Source: the human T2T-CHM13v2.0 reference genome, Homo sapiens | Direction: 5' to 3' (one strand) | Assembly (NCBI RefSeq): GCF_009914755.1 | Contig: NC_060925.1 | Length of the DNA: 64,000 nucleotides | Shown: one piece after another, positions 1-17,049 of the stretch | How positions within the stretch are numbered: the stretch's first letter is position 1 | How the letters are laid out: every line of letters starts with the position of its first letter | Notes under the pieces: generated by a model | Told to the model about the DNA's origin: nothing | Database searches by the model: none | Seen by the model: the letters and a program-made list of their open reading frames with translations, nothing else | Program-made: the position numbers and the translations under genes

Positions 1-392
1 AATATTTCAACTTTATATAACTGACTTCAATTCTTAACCAAGATGTCTGACCATGCTTCCATGCCTGATTGCCACTTATAGCTTCCTAATTTTACTGAGT
101 CTCTAATTACATGCTTTACACTTTTACATGTAAATATCTCTACCATATTTGAACATTGGCCATTTAGATACTTGTGTAACTTGGAATCAAATTTATGATC
201 TTTTTTTTTAAATGAAACTCAGACATGGTAGTCCGCCTCTTTGAGTGTGCAGTGATCTTTGAATGTAAATATAGATATTTACAAAGCTGGTTATTTATAA
301 AGTTACTGCTAGTGACATTAGAACACCTCAGCCATCTTTACGGCTGAAATGGTGCAGTAAAGGAGTAAAGCAAAAAGGAGAAAGAGATCGGG

Positions 393-440
393 GGAAGTGC
401 TGGCGGGCGGAAGTGCTGGCGGGCGGAAGTGCTGGCGGGC
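393..440 (+). repeat. 3 perfect copies of 16-bp unit GGAAGTGCTGGCGGGC
   Basis: Units read directly at 393, 409 and 425. Confidence 0.95.
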
Positions 441-673
441 AGAGATGAAAGCTTCAATCAGATTATGCAACCAACCTGAGAGACTTTCACAAAAACAGAA
501 CCGAAGATTAAATTCCCTAAACAGAACTTAATTCTATCTGCTCTGCAAATTCTCCTCATTGGCCTGATCTAACCAGAAGCCAAGGACAGTGACTTTGCTG
601 ATACAGTCCAGAAAACTTAGACTACAGGCCACAGTGCAGGCTGGAGGAGAGTTAACAATGGATCCAGTTGGGC

Positions 674-707
<34 letters not shown>

Positions 708-873
708 ATATATATGTGTGTATATATATGTGTGTATATATATGTGTGTATATATGTGTGTATATATATGTATATATATGTGTGTGTATATATATACACA
801 CACATATATATACACACACATATATATACACACACACATTATATATATACACACACACACACATTCTACACAC
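674..873. repeat. Compound (TA)/(TG)/(CA) microsatellite
   Basis: Alternating purine-pyrimidine tract; source of the low-complexity ORFs at 534-1030. Confidence 0.95.
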
Positions 874-1553
874 AATCTGTAGATTATTTGTTATCTATCC
901 GGTCAGGATAAATTGTTCTTCAATTCATACCTTTCACAATTTTGAAAAAATATCAGCCATTACCCCTAAGACATTATCTCTCATCCTTCTTTTTGATTCT
1001 TATTTTCTTTTTCGTTTCTTATATTCCTAACTTATTCCTGACTTCTTGTGTATGTGTGTGTTTGTGAAATTTCATTTTTCTATTCTCTGTTAAATGTTCT
1101 GGAAAATTATCTCAATGTAATAATTTTTTATTAAAATTTATAGGAATTTCATTTTAAACAATAATCTGCTTCCACATTTGAAGTTCTACTTGGCTCTTTC
1201 TCCAAATCTGTGTGGTCAATAATTATTCTCATACTTTATTTCTTAAACTTTTTTATTCTTTCAAGTTAATTTTTAAATATATGGTGCATGTTTCTTTATA
1301 TTTTCAGTTCAACAATTGCAACGTATGGACTTCTTCCAAATTGAGAACTTTGAAACAAATCTTAAAAAATTAGAAAAGTGTTCACATATTTTATAGTTCA
1401 CAACTATAATTATGTGAATAAGAAACTCTTTGAGGTCCATTATATAAAGAGATAAGAATATAAAATAATTTACTAACTCAAAGTGAGATAAAATGCATAA
1501 TCATGAGTAATTGTGACTAAATGAATTTGAATACATACAGTCTTGAGACATGA

Positions 1554-1862
<309 letters not shown>

Positions 1863-2316
1863 ATTTAACATTTTAACTTACTAAAAGATTTTTATTACAT
1901 TATTCAAAGTCAACAAAAAGTTAGCAATGATACTGTCTTAAGAACTACTTTTAAATAGTCTAATTAATTTCCTAACTAAAATAATTGATTTTTATTACGT
2001 TTCAGTATTTTTGTAGGTAATAAAGTTATTACAGTAATGTGCATTAATATTAATAAATCAAAATGTTAAAGCCAAAAAATAAAAATTTTAATCATTTGAA
2101 AGTAAAATTTACAATATGGGCAGATGGCAACACAATAAATCCAAAAAATCAAGATTTTATTTTATTTTTTAACAATTCATAAATGGGATCCAAATACACA
2201 TGGTAGCACTCATTAAAACCAGTATTTGGCTAAAGTCAAGGTTACAACTGAATATCATCATCATAGCATAAACTGCTTGAAAATTAATTTAGGCCTGGAA
2301 GTGTGCAGGCACGAAG

Positions 2317-4472
<2,156 letters not shown>

Positions 4473-5789
4473 TAAACTTGAAGCCAGACCCTCTAGCTAT
4501 AACTGGAAAGGCTGGGGTTTTGGCTGTGCACTGGATTTCTTTCTATCCTCATGTTGAAGGTGAACATGGGCTTTTCCACTCTCTGCACTAAGCTGGGGGG
4601 ATCTGTGGCAAATGCCTGTGTGCACATTCATACTGCACCCTTTGATACAGAGCAGATGGCTCTTGGAAATTAGCCCATTGTATGTCCACCTCTTTGTTTT
4701 CTGTGGTCTAGGGCCACAGGAATGCAAAACTTCATTGACTCCCAGGGCTAGGTCATGAAAGAGATAGTCACTTGAGTGTGAGCTATAGTAGTTGTAGCAC
4801 CTGATGCATGGATAAGCTCCTTTGAGGAAGAATGGACAGATTGGGTTTATCACTGAGGTGGGCCAGAGGAAAGGCTTGGGAAGTTCTTAGCCCTGGCTCA
4901 GGCAGCCAGAGGGCTATTGTCTGTCTGCCCTGTTAGCTCTTCAATGCAAGTTTATTGTCAGGCTGTCAAGTATCTACTGGAAATGTGTGCTGTAAACCTC
5001 TTAGGAGAGATTTAGAGCTGCATGTCCCAGCCCTTTTTCTGCAACACTACTCTCAAAGGTGTAGCCCCCAAAATGGAAATGTTTGCAGTCTTGTTTAAAA
5101 CCACCTCTTTGTTCATGATCTAAGATGACTCACATATGCCAAGGCCCTTCTGCATCCAGAGCTAGGAAGTTTAGGATGCAGTCTTTCCAGTGGGAGCGGT
5201 AAAACTTGAGGCATTTGACGTTTCGACAATCTCCTTCCCAAGAGAGATGAATAGATCTGGATTTATCTCTGAGGCAAGCCCAGGAAGAAGGCATGGGAAG
5301 TGCTGATTTTCCTCTCAGGATGCCAGCAGGCTACAATTTGTCTGTCATTGCAAATTCACGATGGAACTGAGAAGCCATTGGAAGAGTGTGTTTTTGGGGA
5401 GAAACGCCGAGCTCTTTTCCCAAAGGGTGGAGCCCCTGGAAACGCATCCACAGCCGTATCAATAGCAAACTGCCTCTCTTTTTCTTGTGTTATAGAGAGA
5501 CTTGCTCATGCCTAATCCCCTCTGCTCTCAGAGATGGTGAATTAAGAGCCATGCCGTGGGGGACCTTAGAGTTAGGGTGATATATGTGAGGTCCGAACTC
5601 TTTTCTCCACAGGGGAGAGCTGAGTGTTGAGGATTCCCTTCCTGATTGTGTGGCACAGTGCCTGGAGCGGGGTCCATGCTGGAGTGTGCCTCAGCTTTTC
5701 CTACCCTTCTGATGTGGATGTTTTCTTTGTTGCGCAGAGGGTAGGAGTCTCTCAACAACTGGTTTCTTTCTCCCAGAGAGAACTGATCT

Positions 5790-6746
5790 ATAAATATATG
5801 TTTATTGGCACATCCTTGGGTGTCATTTATTTTCCATTCATCCTAATTGCTTTTGTTTCACGGTTTATCCTATCCTCTCTCGTTGTTGTTAACATATTAT
5901 TTTAGTGTTTCCTTTCATTTCTCCTATTGAATTTTTAGGTATACTACATAATATTACTATTATTTTTAGTACTTGCTTTAAAGCTAATATTGTATATTTA
6001 ATTTATTAAAATCTATAATAGTTCATATTTTACAACTATACCACACTTTATAGTTCATCCTTCTTCCTTCCGAAAACAACAGTAAAAATGTCTAGACCTA
6101 GACTTCCTGCATCCTGTTTCCTATTTCCTAGTCACATTTCCTATTCCAAAAATGTAATAACTATTAGACAATTTTTGTCATATATATTACTTCTATTTAT
6201 TCCACATTACATTTTCATGCTGTTTATGCTTTAAGCAGTCTCTTGTTTTTTAAATTACAAGAAAAAATAAAGCAAAGTCTTTGTTATGACCTAACTTAAT
6301 AACCATTTCTGGTGCATTCTGTTTCATTTAATTGATACAATTTTCCATTGGTAATCATTTCCTATTTACCTGTAGATACCTTTTAATATTACTTATTATC
6401 TACATGTGTGGTGACAAATACTTTCTGCTTTCTTATGGCTCTAATCAGAAAGTTATTATTCTGGCCAGGTGCGGTGGCTCATGCCTGTAATCTCAGCACT
6501 TTGGGAGGCTGAGGCGGGCAGATCACCTGAGGTCAGGAGTTTGAGACCAGCCTGGCCAACATGGCTAAACCCCGTCTCTACTAAAAATACAACAAAATGA
6601 GCTGGGCGTGGTGGCGCGTGACTGAAATCCCAGCTACTCAGGAGGCTGAGGCAAGGAATCGCTTGAACCCGGGAGTCAGAGGTTGCAGTAAGCCCAGATC
6701 ACGCCACTGCACTCCAGCCTGGCCAACAGAGTAGGATGCTGTCTCA

Positions 6747-6784
<38 letters not shown>

Positions 6785-7400
6785 GAAAAAAGAAAAGTTA
6801 TTATTCTATATCACAGCTTTGGGAGGATATAGATGTTTGATTTCCATGGCTTTTTGTTTATATATTTGCTCATTTTATTCTTTCAGCCTTTAAAACATGT
6901 CTTTCAGTTGTCCTGTGCCTACCATTGTTATTGATGAAAACTCAATGATTATTTTTAAACTTTTCCCCCAGCATCCAATGTGTCATTTTTTAATGGTTCT
7001 TTTTAAATTTTATTTTGAGGTTTAGTTTAAAACAGACTAGTACGTGCCAAGATGTTATTTATTGTATTGTTTGGGTTTTATTATCTTTTTTTTTTGAAAT
7101 CTAGGATTTTTTAAATACAAATTGGGAATTATTTAGTTACTAGTTCTGTATATTCGTTTTCTTTCACAGTTTCTCTAATCCTTTCTAAGTGTGACTGCAA
7201 TTATACATAAGTTAGAGAATGTTCTACTGTGACAAAACTCCCTGTTGGTGTGCTCATTTTTCTGTATTGTTTTTCCTTTTATACTTCAGCTTAGAAAATT
7301 TATATTATTTTACTTTCATGTTCAATTTTCCATTTTTTTCTGTTATCCCTGTTAGCAGTTTAGATGTGCACTACGTTTCCCGAAGCTTATATCAGCATGC
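5790..7400 (-). mobile_element. Degenerate old L1 fragments, interrupted by an Alu
   Basis: T-rich tract resembling antisense L1M; boundaries uncertain. Confidence 0.45.
6462..6795 (+). mobile_element. Alu (AluS-like)
   Basis: Alu consensus with A/GAAAA tail. Confidence 0.9.
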
Positions 7401-8163
7401 TCGCTCTCAAAGTTTCTGATACTATCAATTCCCAAACAATTATTTTCTGACTGTACAAAAATGTTTTCCTCTTTGTCCTTGACAAATCCATTTTCTTCAT
7501 TTTTTTGTTTTTTGTTATTTTTCTCCAATGATCATGTATTCCTTCATTGCCTCGCTCATTACAAATGTTGGCAATTAATTTTTTCAGAATAACCTTAATA
7601 CTAAATTATAAAATACTTGTACTTAAACTGTGAAAGATAGAAAACAAATCAATATACAGAAATATTTTAAGCACTTTATTTAGACATTTTCCATTTGCTC
7701 ATCCAAAAAGCAAATGCCATTAGTAAAAATGAATGAAAATGATAAATTAAAAAATTAATGACCTATATTCAAAGTAATATAGAGTTTAAGCCCATAATAA
7801 AACTTCTGAAATTATATTCCAAGGATGAGTTTTTGTTTAAGTGTATTTGTGTTGAGAGGAGACGTGCTCTGAAAACTTTCCTTTCCACAGTGCATAGATA
7901 TGAAAAAAATATATATAAATATATATACGCACACACTCTTACCCACCACCACATCCTCTTACCACCTATAACGAGAAGTTTCATTAATGAAACACAATAT
8001 TGGAAATTTAAATTGCACAAAACCTGGTACATTTCATTATGAAAACTGGAAATTTTTTCATAACTAAGATCATCTATTCATTTACAAATGTCTTAGGACT
8101 TTGTTAGAATCATCATTGATGAAGCTGAATACATCCAGGACTAAGAGGATTCTCAGAGAATCC

Positions 8164-9119
8164 TCATGTGGACCTTACCCCTTTGAGCAAGCTCTGTCCT
8201 CTGGCCGAGGCGTCCTTCAGTGCATCTTTCATGGGTTCATTCCACAGACTGAAGACGAAGGGATTCAGGAGGGGTGTGATGATGCTGGAGAGGATAAAGA
8301 GGATCTTGTTGAGGTGCAGGCTGCTCTTCTGTGAGGGGTGAACATAGACAAAGATGGAGATCCCATAGCCCACGGAGACCACCGTGAAGTGAGAGGCACA
8401 GGTGGCAAAGGCTTTGCGTTGACCTTGGCCTGAGGGTATCTTCAGAATGGTGGAGATGATGTAAACATAGGAGACCACTGTGAGTGAGAGGGAGCTGAGG
8501 ATCAGGACCAGTGAGCTGAGAAAGTCCAACAGCTCAATAGCACGAATGTCAGCACAGGCCAGGTGGAGGAGAGGGGCGCTGTCACAGAAAAAGTGCTCAA
8601 TCACGTTGGGACCACAGTGTGGCAGTCCTGCCTTGAGGATGGAGGATGGGAGCATGAGGAGAAAGCCACCCACCCAGGAGAGGATGACGAGGTGGGCACA
8701 GAGTGAGCTGGTCATAATTGCAGGGTACTGAAGAGGACTGCAAATGGCCACATAGCGGTCATAGGACATGACAGCAAAAGGAATAAACTCAGTGCATCCG
8801 GAAAGAAAATAGAAATAGGACTGTGCAGAGCATTCGCCACTTGTGATGCTCTTCCTTTCCGACGGGAAGCCCTCCAGCATCTTAGGAACAGCACAGGTTA
8901 TGGTTAATGTTTCACTGAAAGAGAGATTGCTGAGGAAGAAATACATGGGTGAGTGGAGCCTGTAATCCACAAGAATCAGGATAATAATAAGGGTGTTTCC
9001 AAGGACTGTCACCAAATAGGCTGATAAAAAATCACAAAGAGGAGGCCCCCAAGGGCTCTGGTGGTTGGTATCCCCACAAGAATAAACTCAGTCACCAATG
9101 TCCAATTTCCCCTTTCCAT
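8164..9119 (-). pseudogene. OR6R1P: Olfactory receptor pseudogene, family 6-like, 1-bp frameshift in TM1
   Basis: ATG at 9119 gives MERGNWTLVTEFILVG...LFVIF, then shifts at the A6 run (9026-9031) to an early stop. The downstream frame has LHSPMYFFL, MSYDRYVAIC, HFFCD, KAFATCASH and PLLNPFV. Symbol recalled from position next to OR11L1. Confidence 0.85.
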
Positions 9120-10182
9120 GCTTCATATCTCGTTTTACTATGAAGAGAGCTATAGAACAAACAAGGTAATTCACTTATCAAATTACAAACTTCAGGATAA
9201 AGTGAGAAGAAATAGTTTTAGCCCCTTTTTTTGTTTCTAAAAAAATTGAGCAACATGGTTGAAATTATAGTTGAGTGCAATATTTCCTATAAAATCCAGA
9301 TTAAGGTATATGATAATCAACTTCTCTAAATCTGTCTTTCTTTTTTATATTCCATAATTCTTGGGAGGGGGAGGATATATGTTAAATATATTAGTAGACT
9401 TGTATTTCCTAGATCTAATAATATATTTAACATATTGACCTATATTTCCTAGGTCTAATATATTTAACATATTTAACAAATTTGTCACGTGTTTTAATAA
9501 ATGGAGCAATAAAAGATGTACTTGGTAGTTGTAAATATCATAGCAGTTTATTTTCAATGTTTACCTTGTGGGGACTAAGCTGCCTGGGATGTTGCGAGCA
9601 CATGTAGAGGGCTCAGGATTCCAGTTCAAAGTCAGTGGGGCAGCTATGGCTTCCAGTGTCACATTGGACCATAGGTGCACACGGCAGCCAATTATAACAG
9701 AGGCACTTGAGCACCTAGGAGTCTGGAACTCCAACTGCTCCAACTGCCAGTAAGGGTGGAAAACTACAGGTGAATTAGTTTACCCTCCTTCACACACTGA
9801 AAATTATTGTCTCTTTAAGTTTAAACATATCCCCCTTTTCTAACTTTTATTTATCTTTGCCTTGTATGGAAGCACATGGAGGTTAATTTATTCAAAATCT
9901 TGCAGTTGGTATAAAAGCACTATAGAAATAAAGTATAAATATTTGCAAAAGTGTTGATAATTTTTCAATCTTTTACAAAACTATCTTTGATAGGATCAAC
10001 TAAATGTTTGAATAAAAGTTTGTGTCTCAATTAGCTGGAGATGAAAAAAGTCTCTGAGACAAGGTTTTGCTGATGTAGATTAGTGCCAACATTGCCCATA
10101 TGGAGCAAAAATTTGCAATAATTTGGTATTATTGCAAACTTGTGAATTACAGAAAGAATTCTCAAGTTTAAAAATTATCATA

Positions 10183-10487
<305 letters not shown>

Positions 10488-10791
10488 TTAATTAATTAAA
10501 ATTATCATATTAAAATAAGTAGAACCGTATAAACTATAGTAAGATTATATAACTTTGGCATCAGTGGAGCATTATTATCTCAACAAAGAAAAGTGGGAAT
10601 AATGAGAGAAACACAATCTGTTTACACAATGAGAAATAAAACAAATTTTAGAAAACAAAAAATGGAAATATGAATTATGAATCTGCAACAATAAGAATTG
10701 TATCAATAAACATGAATATATTAATTTTTACTGTTATAAATATCAGATTGAAATACAAAGCCCTATGCAGTTTGCTAGAATAAATATACTA

Positions 10792-11126
<335 letters not shown>

Positions 11127-11391
11127 AGATAAAAGTACACAGGCAAGCTAGTATTACAATAAATCAATCATACCCTATTTCAACTAAGCTTTCATTTTTG
11201 CTTGCAAATCCACCTCTGTGTCTTCAGTCAGCTGTCAGTCTCACTCTGCAAGATGAGTATGGAATGCCTTTGCCACTTTCTTCAAATCCTGACCTACACT
11301 GTCTATGGTAAATAAGAACAATTGGCCTTGTCACGAAAATGTGTCATGTAACTCCTCAGGTGGGAAATTGTACAAGTGCCATTTCCATTTC

Positions 11392-11687
11392 TTTCCTTTT
11401 TTATTTGAGACAGGGTCTCACTCTGTTGCCCAGGGTAGAGTGCAGTGGCACAGTCATAGCTCACTGCAGCCTCTACCTACTGGGTTCAAGTGATCCTCCT
11501 GCTTCAGCCTTCTGAGTAACTAGCATTACAGGCACATGCCACCATGATCAGATAATTTTTACTATTTTTGGTAGACACATAGTCATTCTTTGTTGCCCAG
11601 GCTAGTCTCCAATTCCTGGGCTCAACCATATTCCCGCCTTGGCTCCCAAAGTGCTAGGATTAAAGATGTGAGCCATTGAGCCTGGCC
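11392..11687 (-). mobile_element. Alu (AluJ-like)
   Basis: Antisense Alu consensus. Confidence 0.85.
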
Positions 11688-11988
11688 CTATCTCCATTTC
11701 TTTAAATCCTCATAAGACTACGATGATCCTCTCCTTTCTGCCTCCTACACTAAAGAAAACACTTCCCGTACTGAATGTTGGTATTTCCACATTTGAACAA
11801 GATGCCTTCTTGTTTTATCTCAGGCTATCAGTCATCACTTTCTATATTGATTCCTCTGATTTATTTTTTATCACTATGGACCTTTCCCATAAGTGTTCAA
11901 ACTTACTTAGATGCTAACATCTTACAAAAGTACAACTGCCCCTCCAACACAATTTTTTCTTTCAACCTTTCAAAATTATGTGTCTCAT

Positions 11989-12308
<320 letters not shown>

Positions 12309-12498
12309 ATTACATGTCTCAGGATAACTGTTTCACACACAATTGCTTCCATTGTTTTACAAGTCATTCCTGCCCCATTGCCACTAGTCTGATGTGCACT
12401 ACCCCGATGCCAATCATGCTGCCCTTCCCGGGAACAACACTGAAGTCTGTGATGAGAAGTTTGATGATAACCCTTTAATCCTCATCTTCCATGTTGAC

Positions 12499-12645
12499 TG
12501 CCTCTTCCTTCCCCCAACACTCTCACCCCTTAGAGAAATGCAGCCACCTCATAAGTGCCCCCCAACCTCTGTGCCTCTTCCTTCTCACAACACTCTCACC
12601 TCTTAGAGAAATGCAGCCACCTCACAAGTGCCCCCAGCTTCTGTG
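12499..12645 (+). repeat. Tandem duplication, period 73 bp, 2 copies
   Basis: TGCCTCTTCCTT...CAACACTCTCACC.CTTAGAGAAATGCAGCCACCTCA at 12499 and 12572. Confidence 0.9.
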
Positions 12646-13782
12646 GTCATTCCTGCCAGCTCCTTTTGGGGTTTCTTTTCCTTCAATTAAATTTAATGTT
12701 TTAAAATTCTTTTGTGCTCTGTTCTTCACTCTCTTATTATATTGGTTTGCACTCTTCCTGAAAAAATCGAATTTGTTTCCATATTTTCAAATATCATCTA
12801 TATGTTAAAAACTTCCAAATTTTTAACTTTTGGCCAGGCCCCTCCTCTGAGCTCCAGATCCATACATCCAAATGTTCTTTTGGTGTAATTTCTTACTGTC
12901 CCTAATATGTGGATCAATAATTTTTTACTCTCCGTATGCAGAGCCCTGCACCACCAAATTTAACACGTTAGAAAAAGCTTTTGGTAGAGTAACATAAGTC
13001 CAGTTAAACATAAGGCACAGCTAATATACTAATCAGAGATGACCATCTGCAAGGTAAGATATTGATCGTTTGGGTACTCTACCGAAAAGCTGAAACCAAT
13101 GAGACTTCTCTCCCTACTGCACCCATTTCCTGATCTGAGATTCTAATGCATCACTTTCCTTCTACCCAATATTTGAACCAGATGAATCAAAAAAGGACTG
13201 AGGACATTTCTCACAGGTCAAATCCCAGAAAGGAGAGAAAATGTGAGGGCTAGAAAAAGGCAGGTGAAAGAACCCAAGGACACGTGGTGGGGGAAATTAC
13301 ATGAGCTAGAGGGTGAAAGTGCATTGAACCCTGAGGCTCAGGGACCACTGCACTGGAACGAGTGAGACCGGAACAGGTACTCCCAACCTCACCATCCATG
13401 AGGTACTTCCTGTGATGGATTACATCATGAAACCTAAAATCAAACCAACTTCCGCTCCTGCATGGGCTACTGCAATGACCCCAACAGCTCTTGCTCTCTT
13501 TTAGTCTTTTCTCTACGCAGCAATGGAATTCACACATGCAAAATATATCATGTCATTCCCTAATTAGTATGTTTTGATAATCATTTCCCTTAGTGCAAGA
13601 TCTGAAAACCCTATGAGGTTTTTAATGACAGAGATGGATTAGCCCCTACCATTCTCTCCAGACTGAGCTCCTTCCTCTATCTCCCCAGTTCCTCAGCCTT
13701 CTTCTGCCATGCCCTAGCTGGACTACTCTCCACTCTTGTTCTCCTCACTCTTGAAGCGTAGGTGAAGTGCTACATAACATAG

Positions 13783-14147
<365 letters not shown>

Positions 14148-14271
14148 TCACTTTATTATTTCATAGTGATCATCACAAGTAGAAATAAATCAATCATTGC
14201 TTTATGATTTGTTACATTTTTCTCCTCCCTTCTGCATTGGAAGGTCTATTAAGGTAAAGTCTTGCTTGGCC

Positions 14272-14583
<312 letters not shown>

Positions 14584-14757
14584 TTGCTTGGTCCTTTCTA
14601 TGTCATTGTCTTTCCGGGAAATTCAGACTGTGGCACAGGACGTGGCATGCTTCATGAGATTAAAAATATTTGTAGAATTAATGAATCAAACAATGGGCAG
14701 GATTTGTAGAGATCTTCTAAACTGGCTGAATAAAATAAACTATAAAAGTGATTTAAG

Positions 14758-15094
<337 letters not shown>

Positions 15095-15127
15095 TCAGGA
15101 CTCACAGTAGCACAGAATACTGAGGAT

Positions 15128-15225
15128 CTTCTCCTTCCTCCCTCCCTCCCTTCCCTCCTTTCCTCCTTCCTTTCCCTCCCTCCCTCCCTCCCTCCCTCCC
15201 TCCCTCCCTCCCTTCCTTCCTTCCC
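15128..15225. repeat. Polypyrimidine (CCCT/CCTT)n tract
   Basis: Read directly. Confidence 0.9.
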
Positions 15226-15790
15226 ACAATTTCATTAAACAAAAAACACTAAAACATCTAAGGTCTTGTAGATGAATATTTGGCACTTCAAAGGCCTTAC
15301 TTCTTTCTTATCTTTAGGAGATAATGTAGGTCAACAAACATTTTAAATGTCTTCTTTTTTTTATTTATTCTTTCTACTGCTATTTAATAAGCACCAATGG
15401 CACCCACCAGGTTTTAGGTCCACAAGGCCAGTCTACTAAGAGTACTTAAAAGATGCAGAGCTTTCTGTACATAAGGTTATGTAAACAAAGGGAAATCTTA
15501 TTGTAGAATGTGAAAGTAATGTGTGTGTAATCACCATCCACTGGAATTCAATCAGATTTTCCTAACAAGATGTTAGAAAGTGTCTAGGACAAAACTGACC
15601 TCAAAATGGTTTGATGGAGGCAGTTTATCTTCTGACCAGTTGCTAGTGAGGAACCCTCAAAAAGCTGTTGTTTTGTGGCCTACAGAATTCAATGCAGTTC
15701 TGACAATGATCTTCAGGTTTAAAGGTCTGAATCTACCATTCACTTAACCCTGAATTTAATCCACTGCATGTTCTGTGCAATTTTCTTTAC

Positions 15791-16759
15791 CTAATAAAGG
15801 AACTTCCTTTTACTTGTACTCCATAGAATACCACATTTCCTTCTCATGACCTTTCTAACAGCTTCTTTGAAGTCTTTGTTCCTCAAGCTGTAGATAACTG
15901 GGTTCAGCAGTGGTGTGACCACAGTGTAGAAGACAGAAATGATCTTGTTGATTTCAGGCAACAGGTGGGGACTGGGACACACATACATGGAGATCATGGT
16001 CCCGTAGTAGAGAGTGACAACAGCCAGGTGGGAGCCACATGTGGAAAAGGTCTTTCTCCGGCCAGAGGTGGAAGGGATTCTCAATATGGAGGACACAATG
16101 AAAACATAGGGCCCCAGTGTCAGAAAAAAACAAATGCACAGCACGGCAATTGACAGGATGAAGATGGTCACCTCAGTGATATAAACTCTGGAACAGGAGA
16201 GCTGCATGAGTGGCGGGAGGTCGCAGAAGAAATGGTTAATCTGATTGGGCCCACAGAAGTCCAACCTGGAAATCATCAGGGAAGGCAGAAAGCCTGTGCT
16301 GACCCCTGTGCACCAGGAGACCACCACCAACCTGGTACAGAGCCCACGATGCATGAGGAAGGGGTAGCGGAGTGGGCTGCAGATGGCCAGGTAACGGTCA
16401 TAGGCCATCAAGGCCAGGAGAAAGCACTCGGTGGCGCTGAGGAACACGAAGAAGTAGAGCTGTGCCATGCAGGCAGAGAAGGAGATGGCTTGGCCCCAGG
16501 ACAGCAGGTTGGCTAGGAGAAGGGGCACAGTGGTGGACGTGTACCAGACCTCCAGAAAGGAGAGATGCTGGAGGAACATGTACATAGGGGAGTGCAGTCG
16601 CAGGCCCTGGCTCACCACGGTGATGATGACAACATTCCCTATAATGGTCAGGCAGTAGATGAGCAGGAAAATGACAAAGAGCAGGGCCTGCCATTCAAGA
16701 AGGTTCTGGAATCCTAACAGCTGAAAGTTAGTCACAGTGGAGGTATTTTGGGGCTCCAT
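15791..16759 (-). CDS. OR11L1: Olfactory receptor 11L1, single coding exon, 322 aa
   Basis: MEPQNTSTVTNFQLLGF... with N-glycosylation site, LHSPMY, MAYDRYLAIC, KTFSTCGSH and PLLNPVIYSLRNKD; 969-nt open frame. True start is the ATG at 16759, not the ORF-track start at 16804. Confidence 0.95.
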   Translation of the reverse strand: MEPQNTSTVTNFQLLGFQNLLEWQALLFVIFLLIYCLTIIGNVVIITVVSQGLRLHSPMYMFLQHLSFLEVWYTSTTVPLLLANLLSWGQAISFSACMAQLYFFVFLSATECFLLALMAYDRYLAICSPLRYPFLMHRGLCTRLVVVSWCTGVSTGFLPSLMISRLDFCGPNQINHFFCDLPPLMQLSCSRVYITEVTIFILSIAVLCICFFLTLGPYVFIVSSILRIPSTSGRRKTFSTCGSHLAVVTLYYGTMISMYVCPSPHLLPEINKIISVFYTVVTPLLNPVIYSLRNKDFKEAVRKVMRRKCGILWSTSKRKFLY

Positions 16760-17049
16760 TGCCTGTGGGGGATCAAAAACATTCTGGAAAAGCACAGGAT
16801 GCAAGGCGCAAATTTATCACTGGTGATGCTTGGAACTTCAGAGATTAATTTTTAAATAGTTTAGATCTGTATGCACAGCTTTTTAGAAGGATAAATGCAT
16901 AATTCCATATCTCTTTCGTAAGAATACATTTTGAAATCTTAAGCTGAATGTGAATATTAGATCTTGTAAGGAGACTCAGCAAGTTTCATTCATCTGGGTT
17001 CTCTGAAATCTTGAAGTCTCCTTCCAAAGACAGGCAAAAAAGGACTCTT

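Noticed and set aside
534-1030. Cys/Tyr/His-rich ORFs
   Set aside because: Translations of the dinucleotide microsatellite.
16760-16804. 15-aa N-terminal extension of OR11L1
   Set aside because: The track start is a non-ATG codon; the ATG at 16759 gives typical OR length and N-glycan position.
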